A stretch of DNA of 64,000 nucleotides from Haliotis cracherodii. Its lineage: Eukaryota. Below, piece by piece: positions 1 to 12,523 of this stretch; the stretch's first letter is position 1, and each line of letters begins with the position of its first letter. A model generated the notes under the pieces. The model had not been told where the DNA came from and ran no database searches. It saw only the letters and a list, made by a program, of their open reading frames with translations. Made by a program: the position numbers and the translations under genes. The stretch lies in contig NW_027266286.1 in assembly GCF_022045235.1 (NCBI RefSeq), positions 44,144,001-44,208,000 on the forward strand. The letters run 5' to 3'.

Positions 1-1005
1 TGCACAGTCCACCCAACTTCACCGATTAACTCACCCAGCTGTTAAAGGAATTAAGTTCATAAGCCTTGAATATAGTAGAATTGGTTGCAGATTCAGAGTG
101 ATACACTCGTGCACACTCATTACTCTATATAATGATGGGTATCCCCGACTTACTTAATAGGTTGAAGCTTACATTTTATATACGTATTGTAAACATAACT
201 TATGTGTATATTTTTACCGGTAGTCAAAGTGACCACGAGGCATTATAGGATTGGCAATAATGTAATACAACAATGATACCATGCAAAACATTACATAAAA
301 TCATAGAATGTATTTAATTACCGGATTTGCTTAGAAGTAATACCAGCATAATCACATTAACCTAATACCATAATCTTATATACCACACATGTCCACGACA
401 CAATGGAGGTGTAACGAGTGATCGAAGTATACATACATCGCAATCTTCCATACCACGGTGGCATTTTATTGATGTGATACTGAAAAAGCAATACTGTTGG
501 CTTTCTAGACTATCAAATGTGTCGATAGACGTGATACAGGGGTTTGATATGGCTGTTTCTGCTCTTTCTGTTCATATAAGCGTTTAATACAAACTCGTTG
601 TCAAGTCAGAACCTGTGCATTTACCTGTAGTAACAATAAAAAAATAGTTACCCAAAATATTTCCGGTGTAATGTATTTGATACTTAATATTGCGATTGCA
701 TGGCAATATAATACTAATTTAAACAATTGCAATACTATTCAAATCTCGCTATCATCGTTCGTCCATATTTTAACAAATACAATTATTTATATTCTATCCA
801 AAAGCATAACTGTTTTTTCAAATATTAATCACAGTCTTATTTATCACTCTGGTATGTTAATGTAGGTCATCAGTACATAGTATTCACAGTGTCTCTTTGG
901 GCATATACAGTTGCTTAAAACGTGTAAGGTGTGATTTACATCGTATACACTCTGTGTTTATGAACATATACATGGGTTGATATATGTAAAAACTATGTGT
1001 GTGTA

Positions 1006-1271
1006 GGTGGCCCAGTCGTCTAAGGCGCCGCGATTCGCTGTGCAGAGTTGCGTCCCTTGGGCACGCCAGCTATGATTGTGGGTTCGGATCCCGGTTCGCC
1101 CCGATTATGTTTCTAGGTCTGTTAGCACCATATCCGTGCTCGTGGGTTTCACCGAAGTGGTAAACGTCGGAGACCTGCATCACTTCGGGCTTTCCTCCCA
1201 CATTAAGCTGACACGCCGTGATATAACTGGAATAATGTTAAAAAGCGGCGTTAAACCCAACTCACTCACAC
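1006..1271 (+). mobile_element. SINE family A copy
   Basis: Same sequence as 9876-10151, with TSD ACTATGTGTGTGTA. Confidence 0.9.
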
Positions 1272-3157
1272 ACTATGTGTGTGTACCTCTCACATCAAAC
1301 TGATAGGCAAAGGAAGTTAAATAGGTGCACAGATCTTTGTTTTCAGACTATGGTCAAGGTAGCATTGTTAAGACAAAGAAAAGAGCGCTAAACATTTTGT
1401 CAGTTCTAGTGTATATCATGTATTAAGTTGAATATTTACCAAATTACAATAATCCTTGTGCTTAATCATAAACTGTAAAACATGAAATATATTTCAACAA
1501 ATTAATGTGGAACATTGCTATATATAGGTGATTTGACGACACACACAGGCTGAGTGTTGTGAACATGAAAATAATGACGGTATATGTACTGTTTACTATG
1601 AATTTCATTTATACCAGTTAATTGACAAAGTGGTTAGGTGGAAAAAAATGAACCTTATTTTATGTCGTATCCGAATAGTTACCACCAAACACTACATTAT
1701 TATTTACTGTTTATTGTTGTACACCGGAGATTCAAACGACACTATCTTCAGCCTTATCTTTTACTACGCACTATGATAACAACAGCTGGGTATATTCTCA
1801 ATGACTGCTTCAGTATAGCACCCGAAAGTATGGCGTTGGTTCGCTTTTCTTTCTTCTGACGATTGCTCTTGTTTCGCTATGGCACTGAGGCGGTACGTGC
1901 ACACATATTACTAAAAAGTATTTGTATTTACTGTATACTTCAGTGCGAAAGATTGAGTTTTTCGAAGTTGAAAAGGTGAATGTTTTATTGCAGTGAACTT
2001 AACACTTGACAGTTCACTGCTGTGAACAGAGCACTTTGCAGAACTATTATCATATATATAAGGGTTACCTCCCCTCAAATTGTCTCATTTTTATTGTAAA
2101 TGCCCGTACACAAACTGTTGACTTCCATTTCAAGTTAGTTCCACATTGACAAGGCAAAACAATGACAGATGGTCAATTATAGAGTGAATTTCGCTTCATG
2201 TCGTTGGTTATTCTCTTTAAAATGTTTCGTTATAAACTGTAAATTTCTCATTTAACTCGACAATCGAGACTGTTTGTTTGGCAAAGCGCTATTTTTCTTC
2301 CTTGACCAGCGTGTATTCTGTCGCTTCCAACAGCGGTCTCGTAGTTTTTAAGAATATATTTTGTTAAAGTTGATTTTGTATATGATCATATCTATATGTA
2401 TGATACAGAATTTTCGTGACCCTGAATATTTTTTTGTTACTTTTGTTTATATTTTTTTAAAGATTTTGTAAACACGAAACTACTTTTTAGTCGCAAATAC
2501 AAGGGGTGGTGAACCGCCCCTGTTATCCTGTGCGTTAGATTCTGTAAAAGAGTTGTACACAGAGTGTAATTATTAATTGAATTTAATTTCAATCGTGATT
2601 CTATGCCCTTGACATTGCCTACACCCATTCACAGAAATTATGTCTGTTGACGTAATTATTCAACACCTTTCTTACTGCAAAAAATATATTTTATCACCTT
2701 TATTTTGGATTCTTTTTCTTATTTATTTCTGGTTCGACCCCCGGGGGCGTCATACCAAACGGCGTTAAAAGAGTGGTTGGTTGTTATCTTGCCTAGCGCT
2801 CGGCATTAAGGGGATAAATCAGTATAATGTGTCTGAGTTGGGTATCAATGTTAAACTGCGGGGTTGTCGTGGGTTCTATCCCCGACCGCGTCATATCAAA
2901 TGACGTTAATGACGTCTGGCGCTCGGCATTAAGGGGCTAAAACAAGGACTGGTCGGCGCGGAGTCAGTATACTGTGTCTGAGTGGGGTATCCATGTTAAA
3001 CTGTGGGGTGGTATCTCGCTGGGCTAGCATAAGGAAACTGTCCGAACATGTACAAGCTGCCACACACGCGTGCATGCACGTCGCTATATAAATGAAAAGA
3101 ATCTTGAACATTACAACTTCATTCCACCATCGTTTCTTTTAAACGATTCCTCTCCAG

Positions 3158-3419
3158 ACGACTTATCATTTTCCGTGAAAGAAATACTGATGTTTGCACA
3201 ATAATGCCATCCTGCATGGAAAACAAATACGAAACTACGACAGGCTTGTATCATCTACTTCCTATTGTTCACATTTCGTGAAAGCATAACAGCTTCAGCG
3301 ACAAACCCAGGAGATGTAGTGAGTCTGTCGTGTCAACACTCAGGGTGGATGATGACTGTGGATCTGAGCAATATGTTCCCTCGTCCCAATGCTATGAATA
3401 TTGTCAGACTAAGTCCAAG
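3158..3419 (+). pseudogene. Orphan exon encoding a signal peptide plus a ZP-N-like start, interrupted by a stop
   Basis: Acceptor TTCCTCTCCAG|3158 and donor 3419|GTAAGC. The frame from the ATG at 3190 reads MFAQ*CHPAWKTNTKLRQACIIYFLLFTFRESITASATNPGDVVSLSCQHSGWMMTVDLSNMFP. I found no downstream exons. Confidence 0.3.
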
Positions 3420-3901
3420 GTAAGCTGTCAACAATATTTAACACTGTCTTCATATTATAAAATCATGATTGCATACTATCCGTGACCATGGTGACAGTCG
3501 ATTGTACGATTCCGACTTTATCTTGAGCATGTGCCCATGAATGACTATCAAAAAGCTATGATACCAGGCGTTCACAAAAAGGAGAGCGTATCTGACCCCA
3601 CCGGTGCCTCCTGTTACAAACACATGCAAAAGCAAGTCAATTGTTAACCTTAACAAACATGGGGAAAGTCAGAATATGGAGCTTCATTCTTGTCATTGAT
3701 GCGTCAAATTTGAAAATGTCCTTTAATGTAGCAACCTTGATCAAGCAGCTTCTGATCAAGAGTCAAATGACGCTCTTGAAATCGTGTCATACATTCTTGT
3801 GGAGAGTGTTTTGTCACTGTGAGTCTTTAATTCATAGATCTAAATTTGAAACAGATGAGGCGGTCTCATTGGTCTCTTTATTTATAGTTATGGAGGGAGT
3901 G

Positions 3902-4063
3902 GAGTGAGTTTGGTTTTACGCCGCTTTTAGTAATCTTCCAGCAATATCACGGCATGGAACACCAGACAAATGGGCTTCACACATTGTACCCATGTCGGGA
4001 ATAGAACCCGGGTCTTCGGCGTGACGAGCGAATGCTTTAACCACTAGGCTACCCGACCGCCCC
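3902..4063 (-). mobile_element. SINE family B copy
   Basis: Reverse complement of family B. Confidence 0.87.
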
Positions 4064-4750
4064 GGTAAATCAGTGGAAGGGAATTGGCTATTTGATGGTT
4101 ATTTATCGATATCAGATCATCGATATACCTGAAGGTTAAGTTAAACATCTAGGTCAAATTACCTTTTTTGACAAACGACAAATTGATTACTATCCCACAT
4201 AATTGTGACATGGTGCATATTAAAGAATTTAAAATAAATACCTTTTTAAAGGCAATAGTCAATGAGAACATGACTGATATATATCTCATATATGTTTAAT
4301 TCAAAGAAACTCAAAGCTATACATATACATGCTTTGGGGGCATTAAACATAAAAATGTACAATAACACATAAAACATTCATATTGTTATGCTGGAAACAT
4401 CGATATAAATAATACATGGTCGGTTGAAATCCAGATAACACAAAATAGTCCCCCTTTGATTTCTCCTACCGCGAAAAGATTTGCGAAACGATTGGTAGAA
4501 GCAACTAGTCCTTATATGAAATCACGTTTATGTCAGTACTAATACTGTAACTTTGAGCAAAGCTCTCATTTTTGGCAAAAAGTCACCGAACATGTGACCC
4601 ATTAAATTCTATGATACATAACAATGGTAAAAGGCTGCGCTGTACAAAATCCATAAGTTGATTGAGGAAGGCATTTATCATGAAACGTCTTTATTGTTCT
4701 GTGCATTGAACAATGTGTCTTGGATTGCTTGTGTCGGTTGCTATCGAGAC

Positions 4751-7165
4751 CTATTCTTGAACATCAACAATGAGTGGGGTAAGGTACTGGCTGTGTCGGA
4801 TTCCGAAGGAGTAGTCGGGTTCCTTCTTCTTGTGGATCCACACCTGGAAGATAAAGCTTCATGTTATGCACCATCCACATCAAAATGAAAAGTAGGAGAA
4901 AGAATCATCATCAAATTGATTGAAAGACTTCTTAGAAGACTCTATTTGAATTGAACAGCACATTGGTATTCAATGGGACATACATTGTCAAGTTGTGAGT
5001 GAGTGGGTGAGTGGGTGAGTATGGTTTTACGCCGCTTTTAGCAATATTCCAGTAATATCATGGCGGGGACACCAGAAATGGGCTTCACACATTGTACCCA
5101 TGTCGGGATTCGAACCCGGGTCTTCGGCGTGACGAGCAAACGCTTTAACCACTAGGCTACCCGATCGCCCCTGTCAAGTTGTGAAAGAGTGCGTGAGCTG
5201 CGTTTAACGCCGCTTTAAACAATATTCTCAGATGTGTACCGCTAGGACCCAAGGAACATAATGCGGGAACCTGGAATGAAACCTACGGGCATATGTTTCT
5301 GGCCTAACCAAGGAACGCACCTCTACACAGCGAAATGCGGCGTAGAGGACTGGGAATCCCGTGCCCCCATGTTGGGAAGGGAGTTCAGTAGGATCAGTGG
5401 GTGGTGACCTGGCTTGTGACATCAATTCTTCGTATCGTTTGACATAACATTACCAAATGTTATCAAAAAGGTATTCAGTTTCAGATCCAGAGAGGGGTTG
5501 GGGAGATGCACACTCCACCTTTTCACTCATCTCAACTTGTCACACATCCTCTTCTAGGTAGTGTTCACTTCATCACACCTTTTATCAACATCCAGCATCT
5601 GCTTCTGTATTTGTTTCCTTTCCTAATCTTTCTATGACCAAAATTCTGATTTCCTTACCATGTGTCAATGCTAGATACTAGTACACTTTATTGGGTGTTT
5701 AATAGCTCGAGACTTACCTTCTGTGGTGAGTGAGCTCCTGGGCCAGGCTTCTTGGTGGTGTCGCCGGGCATGACGTTTCTGCTGGTCATGCTGTACAGAG
5801 GGGCTTTTATCTTGAACGTGCTGGGGTCAGTGGTGTTGTAGGTGCCTGGTCCAGGGGCCTGAATAACAACAGCACCATCAGTATATTATCGCAAATATGA
5901 TCAGAAATCAAGAAGTGTTCTGCTGAATTGAGTGAAGACCATGTAACATACATTCCACACATCAACAACCGACTGATGTTTGACATCTTGCTCTGATATC
6001 AACCTATCACTTGAGGGACATTGGGTAGCATGGGGGAGAGAGTGTTCTCTCTTAATTCTGATATATTATTTTATGAATGATATGAATATAGTAATGTAAC
6101 TGATGTTTAACGACGTACTCGCTCGCTCACAGTCTCAGGATATCAAAGGAGTGGACGCCTGTCAGGGCAATTTGTTACCTTTGGCAAACTACAAAAATGG
6201 CAATATTTCCGGGTTGAATATCAGCTGTCCTTCTGAAAATCAATGTTCCAAGAGGACACATTTCAATTCACAACAGGAGCGTTTACGTACCCTGGCCAGA
6301 TCCTCAGAAGAGCCTCCAACGGTCTGTCTCCCAGAGAGACTGTGACAAGCTGCCTGTTTCTTCCCACTCTGAACTGTCTTGCCGATCATGTTGGGCAAGG
6401 AGTAGCTGTTGGCAGCTGGAACATAAACAATTGTTTAAATCTTTCCAAAATCTGTCATCATATTTTTCCAAATCATAATTTCTTATTATGACCCAGTCAT
6501 CCTTTTCATCATAAACCATGACTCTCACCTGGATTATTGTCTGTTCTTCTGTATCTCTGCCTCGTACCAAAACTGTAGGCTGGATGACGGAACTTGGCGG
6601 TGGGGCCGACTTTCTCAGGATTATAAGAACCTGGCCCGGGGGTCTTAAATGATTTGCTATCCTTCTGGCGACCGTATAGGGAGTAGTGGGGGGTACCATC
6701 CATTCCGTCTCGGTTCACCTGTAGGAGATACATCTCAAGTTACGTATATTGTTCACGATATCCACTGAGTAAGCTTATGCCTTCTGAAGCTGCTTATAAC
6801 ATTTTGGTTAATGCTCTGTTTTGGAAATTTTTATTGCTTATAATTGCAGTTAAGTGTAATAATGCCTATTGTCATGACGTTTTATACAGATATAGTTTAT
6901 ATATGGGAATTTCTGAAAGGACCAGGGTAATGGATGACTGGGGTGAGACCCTTACCTTGGTGTCAGGGAGGTAGCATGGGCCAGGACTGCAGTCATCCCA
7001 AAATTTGCCGTGACGGATGCCAAAAGAATATGCGGGGTATTTCTGGTGTGAACTGCGAGGATCATGGGTATTCTGGCCAATTAGTTTCGGTAGGCCATAG
7101 GCTGGGCCAGGGCTGGTGTACATGGCAGCGATCGCTCCTCGGGGTTTTGTTTCGTTGTGCGCCAT
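4751..7165 (-). CDS. ODF3: Outer dense fiber protein 3 / ciliary microtubule-associated protein 1 (SHIPPO/PGP-repeat) homologue, 252 aa
   Basis: Coding exons 7165-6956, 6718-6529, 6415-6291, 5858-5718 and 4843-4751 are all GT-AG, with phases 0/1/0/0, totalling 759 nt. The protein has repeated SPGPAY/TPGPGSY/APGPGTY/KPGPGAH motifs and PAYSFG motifs, and ends SFGIRHSQYLTPLIVDVQE*. AATAAA lies on the minus strand at 4690-4695. A probable non-coding first exon ends at the donor at 8392. Confidence 0.93.
4996..5170 (-). mobile_element. SINE family B copy in the last ODF3 intron
   Basis: Family B match, with TSD TGTCAAGTTGTGA. Confidence 0.88.
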
Positions 7166-9107
7166 TGTGACTGCCTAAGATGCAACCTGATGAACTGAAC
7201 AGAAAATAAAAATATATCAGACTTTATGGAAAAGAAATACAAGTCTGGATTAGATATAAAACCAATGTCATGATCATCAAACCTTAATTTGGAGACCTTT
7301 ATATTATCACGGACAGTTTCTGTTTACCAATAGTTTGAAGCGTTAACCATTGCAGCCACCAATGTAGAGTTACCAAGGTGGTTAATAAATCGATCATTCA
7401 ATATGATTTATTAGTATGGAATGCAATACATTAAGTGCGTGATTATTTCGGATGCTGTAAAAATTGAATTTCGAGATCTATAATATTGCACTCTGGAACA
7501 TTTTCTATGGAAACGTTTCTATTAGTTTAATTATTAACAGCTACAAACATTTGATTTCATTGATAAAAAGTTATGCATTTTTTATTAGAAATCAAAAACG
7601 ATTTCGGAAGTCTAAAATAGCCTCGATAATTTCATCTTAGTTATAAATCTCAGACAAAAACATGAAAACCAAATATTGTAGCTCCACAACGAGAATCAAA
7701 AACAAAAACTTTTTTCTGAGAACTGAAAACAACAGGTATATGAAAGTATTGCGTTTGTAATAGTTGTTTCAGGACGAATGTCATAACTGCCAAGCCAGCA
7801 AATTGACGGAAAACTACCGGCAAATTTATGCAATATGTGTATTGCGAGACTTCACGCACATTTGTATTGACTGAATATAAAAAATGGAACGTCAACGCCA
7901 GAGAATAACCAGTCTCGATTATCTCACGAAACAGACCCCGTTGGGCGAAAACGGACAAGAATACAGTGATAGGTACACTGATTATCAGTGAAGACGCCAG
8001 GTGTTCGCGTAAAGGGTAAGCGTCCCGCCCTACCGGAAGCACCCGCCACTCACACAATTTGCATAAACAATATGTGTCTGTTGCCTGACACCACTCAATA
8101 GTAATCCTGCAATGCAACGGCGGTATGTAAATAAACCAGAGAATCAAGTAATAGACCTGCAATCCAGTCACACAAATGAGATATGCCTATATATTGGAGT
8201 CCTATTCTCATACACTCTAGATCCCTTCAATTTGTAGAATGAATTAATTCCAAAAGTCTTGCAAGCTATTACACTTCTTAATATTAGTTATGCCAACACT
8301 TCAATGATAAGAGGTAAACGGTTCATTACTAATGTTAACGAACCCTGCTTCGATAGGTCAAACGTTTGCTATTGCAAGAGGGAGAACGTACCCAACTTGG
8401 TGTATTCCACAGTTGCTACGGTTGTGTGACCGATGGTCCTCGCAGTACGTGTGAAGAGGGTGACAACTTTTCTTGTGCTGAACAACCTTCAGCCCTGGTA
8501 TATAAAGCCACCCCTTAATTCTCTAATCGCCTCCTAAGCTACCGGTCCGCAGACAGAAGCTTACACCGCAACGTAGCAACCTGATGCCGTGTCCCTATCA
8601 ACTCATCGCTAAGCCGAAACGAATAATTAATCCCACCTATGAGGTAAGCAGTTTTTACGTATACTGTAACGAAGCTTATCAGATTACAGTTTCACAGAGA
8701 GAATGAGGTTTAGGTTCACTTCACAACCACCGCCAAAAGAACTCCCCAGACTCGTCTATCTTAATACCGTCGTTTGTGAACTACGGATGAACAAGCCTTG
8801 CCGGACATAAGAGACGGGACATTTTTGTTACCCAGGGTTGATATATGTATACTTAATTATATGTGTTCTGCAATCGATTTCATATTGACTGATAAGTATA
8901 AGCCGATGTGACCAAGTGTGCAGTTTATCAGTGAGTGACAAACATTCTGATAATGTTCCAATATCGGGGCGTTTTTCGTTCCAAACGGTTATCATCAATC
9001 ATTGTTATGTGCATGGATGTGTAGGCGATCGATAGATCGATGTATTCGCCCGATAATTCAGCTTCTGTATAATAATTTGTCTTAATCGTCCGAGTTGTTT
9101 TTGTTTA

Positions 9108-9305
9108 GGGCCCGACCATTTGATTTTCAGGGGGATGGGGTGCGGGGTGAATTCTTTAAAAAGATTATGCTTCATAGTGGTGCATTGTGTTTTGTAGAAA
9201 TACAATTGGCTCATAGTTTTAATTAAAAATATATCTGGTTTTGCAGCTGCAGCTGACGAAAATATCTGGTTTCGATTCAAAATTGACTATCAAATGGTCG
9301 GCCCC
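9108..9305. mobile_element. MITE with GGG...CCC termini (PIF/Harbinger-like)
   Basis: 17-bp TIR GGGCCCGACCATTTGAT / ATCAAATGGTCGGCCCC, preceded by TTA. Confidence 0.65.
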
Positions 9306-9875
9306 ACTCAATATTCAAGCTATATGACGGCGGGCTGTTCGCAGTCGAGTCTGGGCCAGACAGTCAATAAATACGAAAAGCATGGGTTATTGAAGACCAG
9401 TTCTAACCCGGATCTTCGCGGGGACTTAATCACCTAAGTGGCATTGTATCAGACTGACATGAATTTGTTGAAATATTTGTTTGTTGTTCAACGCCGCACT
9501 CAACAATCTTCCAGCTATATGACGGCCGCCAGATTGACATGAACCTATGTAGACAGTAAGTGACCAAACACAAGGTTTATCCAGCTACGATTAATGAAGT
9601 ACCTACATACATCGTATGTTGTTCCGTTCCTCTTTACAAAGCCAGAGTAAAAGTGGCCGTGGGTCCTTGATTCTCTCCGATCATGAACATTGGTCTGTCC
9701 GCATCTTACCCCCTAGGTGGATTTCACTAAAGTATAGGATCCACCCAGGTCTCACGTGTGAGCAGCGAACGCTTTAAACTAGCCTACCGATAGTTCCCTT
9801 TAGCAATTAAAATGAAAGGATTCACCCGCAACCAACAGAAACTGATTAGAGTTGTATGCGTATTATTAACCAATC

Positions 9876-10151
9876 GGGGGCACGGGTGGCCCAGTCGTCT
9901 AAGGCGCCGCGATTCGCTGTGCAGAGTTACGTCCCTTGGGCACGCCAGAAACCTATGATTGTGGGTTCGAATCCCGGTTCGCCCCAATTATGTTTCTAGG
10001 TTTGTCAGCACAATACCCGTGCTCGTGGGTTTCACCGAAGTGGTAAACGTCGGAGACCTGCATCACTTCGGGTTTTCCTCCCACATTCAGCTGACACGCC
10101 GTGATATAACTGGAATACTGTTAAAAGCGGCGTAAAACCCAACTCACTCAC
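9876..10151 (+). mobile_element. SINE family A (tRNA-Leu-like head, V-domain-like core), full-length
   Basis: A box TGGCCCAGTCGTCTAAGGCG, B box GGTTCGAATCC, core CCCGTGCTCGTGGGTTT...TTTCCTCCCACA, (CTCA)n tail and TSD TATTAACCAATC. Confidence 0.9.
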
Positions 10152-10650
10152 TATTAACCAATCAAATGAGTCTAAACTGTCACTTAGGATCGATACTGTG
10201 AGTCAAAATCAGATCCGTTTTTCGGCCTCCATCGCCCTGCTATGGCTGGGATTTTCTGAAAGCGATGTAACCACCCACCTGCCCACTCACTCACAGCGTT
10301 GAAGAAGGCGCCGTGTCTCGTGGCCATTACTTTGGTCTTAATGATCCAGAAGGACAGAGGTTATGGAACGAAAAAAATCTTTCAAGAATATGTCATCATC
10401 TCCGAGCCTACGTTCTTCCCTGAATGTGCAACTGGTCTGTATGCGTGAGAAATCCGGGGCAAAATACGACCACTGATACCACTGTAAAGGCCACTGTTGA
10501 ACATGAAGAGAAATCAAGTTAGCAATTAAATTTAAATGCTCCTGTAATTTCAAAATATATAATGCCTCATTGGTCTTAGTTTGCACCTGATTTCTGAGGC
10601 ATACAAACATACCAGTATAGAACATTCAGCAAAGAACATTTCGTAGAAGT

Positions 10651-10997
10651 TGAGGTGAAAATGGGGTTTAACGTCGCGTCCAAGATTATTGCACTTATAT
10701 AGCGACGTGCATGCACGTGTGTGTGTGGCTGCTTGTACTAGTCCGGACTGATGCCGATTTAGACTGCAAGCCCACTGAGATACCATGCCGCAGTTTAACA
10801 TGAATACCCCACTCAGACACAGTATACTGACTCCAAGGCGACCAGTCCTTGTTTTAGCCCCTTAATGCCGAGCGCCAGACAGGGTAAGAACAAGTACCAT
10901 CATTTTAACGAGATTTGATATGACGCGGTCGGGGATCGAACCAACGACCTCCCGCTCTCCGGGCGGACGCTCTACCACAAGACCACGGAGGCGGTCA
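10651..10997 (-). mobile_element. SINE family C (tRNA-derived head, ~345 bp)
   Basis: On the minus strand: head CCTCCGTGGTCTTGTGGTAGAGCG...GGTTCGATCCCC, body GGCGCTCGGCATTAAGGGGCTAAAACAAGGACTGG, tail GACGTTAAACCCCATTTTCACCTCA. Confidence 0.88.
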
Positions 10998-11418
10998 CAT
11001 GTGGTTGGAGGTTAAATGTAGCAGATTGTTGAATAGTGTACATGTATGATTAAGTGTGAAATACAGCGATTTTAAGCGGAGAAATATTTTAATTCACCAG
11101 GCGAATTAAATAAAATAAATTATGTATTCCTTTTTCTCATGAACTTTTTATAAAAAACTGTCAGGGCAGGGAGGTTTTGATAAATACATTTTGCCGTTTG
11201 TCGTATATAATAATTGTAATGTACCACATATCGTCTTTTGGCCTGCTCGAAGTTTAAGGAGACCCCTGTCACCCCTGTCTGTAACACGTCTTATGTAAAC
11301 CAAAAGCATTGTTCAGGGCGAAGGAACTTTAGGTGCGGAAGGGTAATGAGGAACAAGTATTATGATAGTCTCATGAATGAAATGTGTCATTTCTGTGATA
11401 AACTTCCAATACCATGCA

Positions 11419-11673
11419 GGGGGCAGGGGTGGCCCAGTCGTCTAAGGCGCCGCGAGTTGCGTCCCTTGGGTACGCCAGAAACCTATGATTGTGGGTTCGA
11501 ATGCCGGTTCGCCCCGATTATGTTTCTAGGTTTGTCAGCACCATACCCGTGCTCGTGGGTTTCACCTGCATCACTTCGGGCTTTCCTCCCACATTGAGCT
11601 GACACGGAATAACTGGAATACTGTTAAAAGCGGCGTTAAACCCAAATCACTCACTCACTCACTCACTCACTCA
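11419..11673 (+). mobile_element. SINE family A copy (internal deletions)
   Basis: Head, core and tail match family A. Confidence 0.88.
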
Positions 11674-12523
11674 ATCCAATTCCATCCAGTCATAATATAA
11701 GCCTGGTGTGACGGTATTGGTATTGTGACGAGATAAGAAACAAGACATTTAGTGAATATATTTAAACGTATTTATTCTAAACTATGTTTCATCATCAAAA
11801 GTGAACGATACAATGACGTCTCAAATATCTAAGTACATTATTCTTTTTACACATTTTTCTCTGAAGCTGTACAACTGATTGATATATTTTATTTGCAATG
11901 AAAATGTTAAAATAAATAACATTACATAATAATACATTATTGCGAATCAACTCCCCACAAATGCAATAACCATGAACAATCCTTTTATGCTTCGTTAAGA
12001 CGTTACTTTATTTCCATATCATCTCGTGCACTTTGTTTGTATAGAATGTTGCTGTTGCCGTTTTACCGATACTATTTCACTGTTTGAAAAAACAAAAATA
12101 TGTTATAAACATAAACGTAAAAAAAGATTGATTAGTATCCTTAAATCGAAGGCCTATTTTTATCAATTTTGGATTTGATCGTTTGATTTCATTCAAAAAC
12201 AATGTTTTTATTGTTACCGTTTTCGTTTATTTTTATCGTTTATTCCATTTTGCAATGATCAGCAGATACAATCAGTGTTGACATGTGTTTAAGACACCAA
12301 TAAGGAAGTTATTCCGCCTGTTCCCTCTTGAGATTTTGTACCAACTTCGTCGCTACATGGCTAAAAAAGTTCTGATGCGAAGTTAATTTTAACCCACTCA
12401 CTCACTGTACCAACTTCACTTGCTGCCTTGCCTGGGCATGAGGGGTGCACGCATGATCATATTCACCGACATTACGCCTCCGCGTCATCTCACCCCACAC
12501 CCCTCACCCTGACCCCACACGCT

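Noticed and set aside
3159-3419. Alternative frame with a single in-frame TGA (selenoprotein idea)
   Set aside because: No recognisable selenoprotein motif or SECIS. Another frame gives a more protein-like leader sequence.
9876-9986. tRNA genes at the tRNA-like heads (also 31487-31560, 56607-56680)
   Set aside because: Each continues into a SINE body and tail with TSDs, and the cloverleaves are imperfect.
10276-10493. Exon-like segment on the minus strand with AG/GT ends
   Set aside because: All three frames contain stops and none resembles a known protein.
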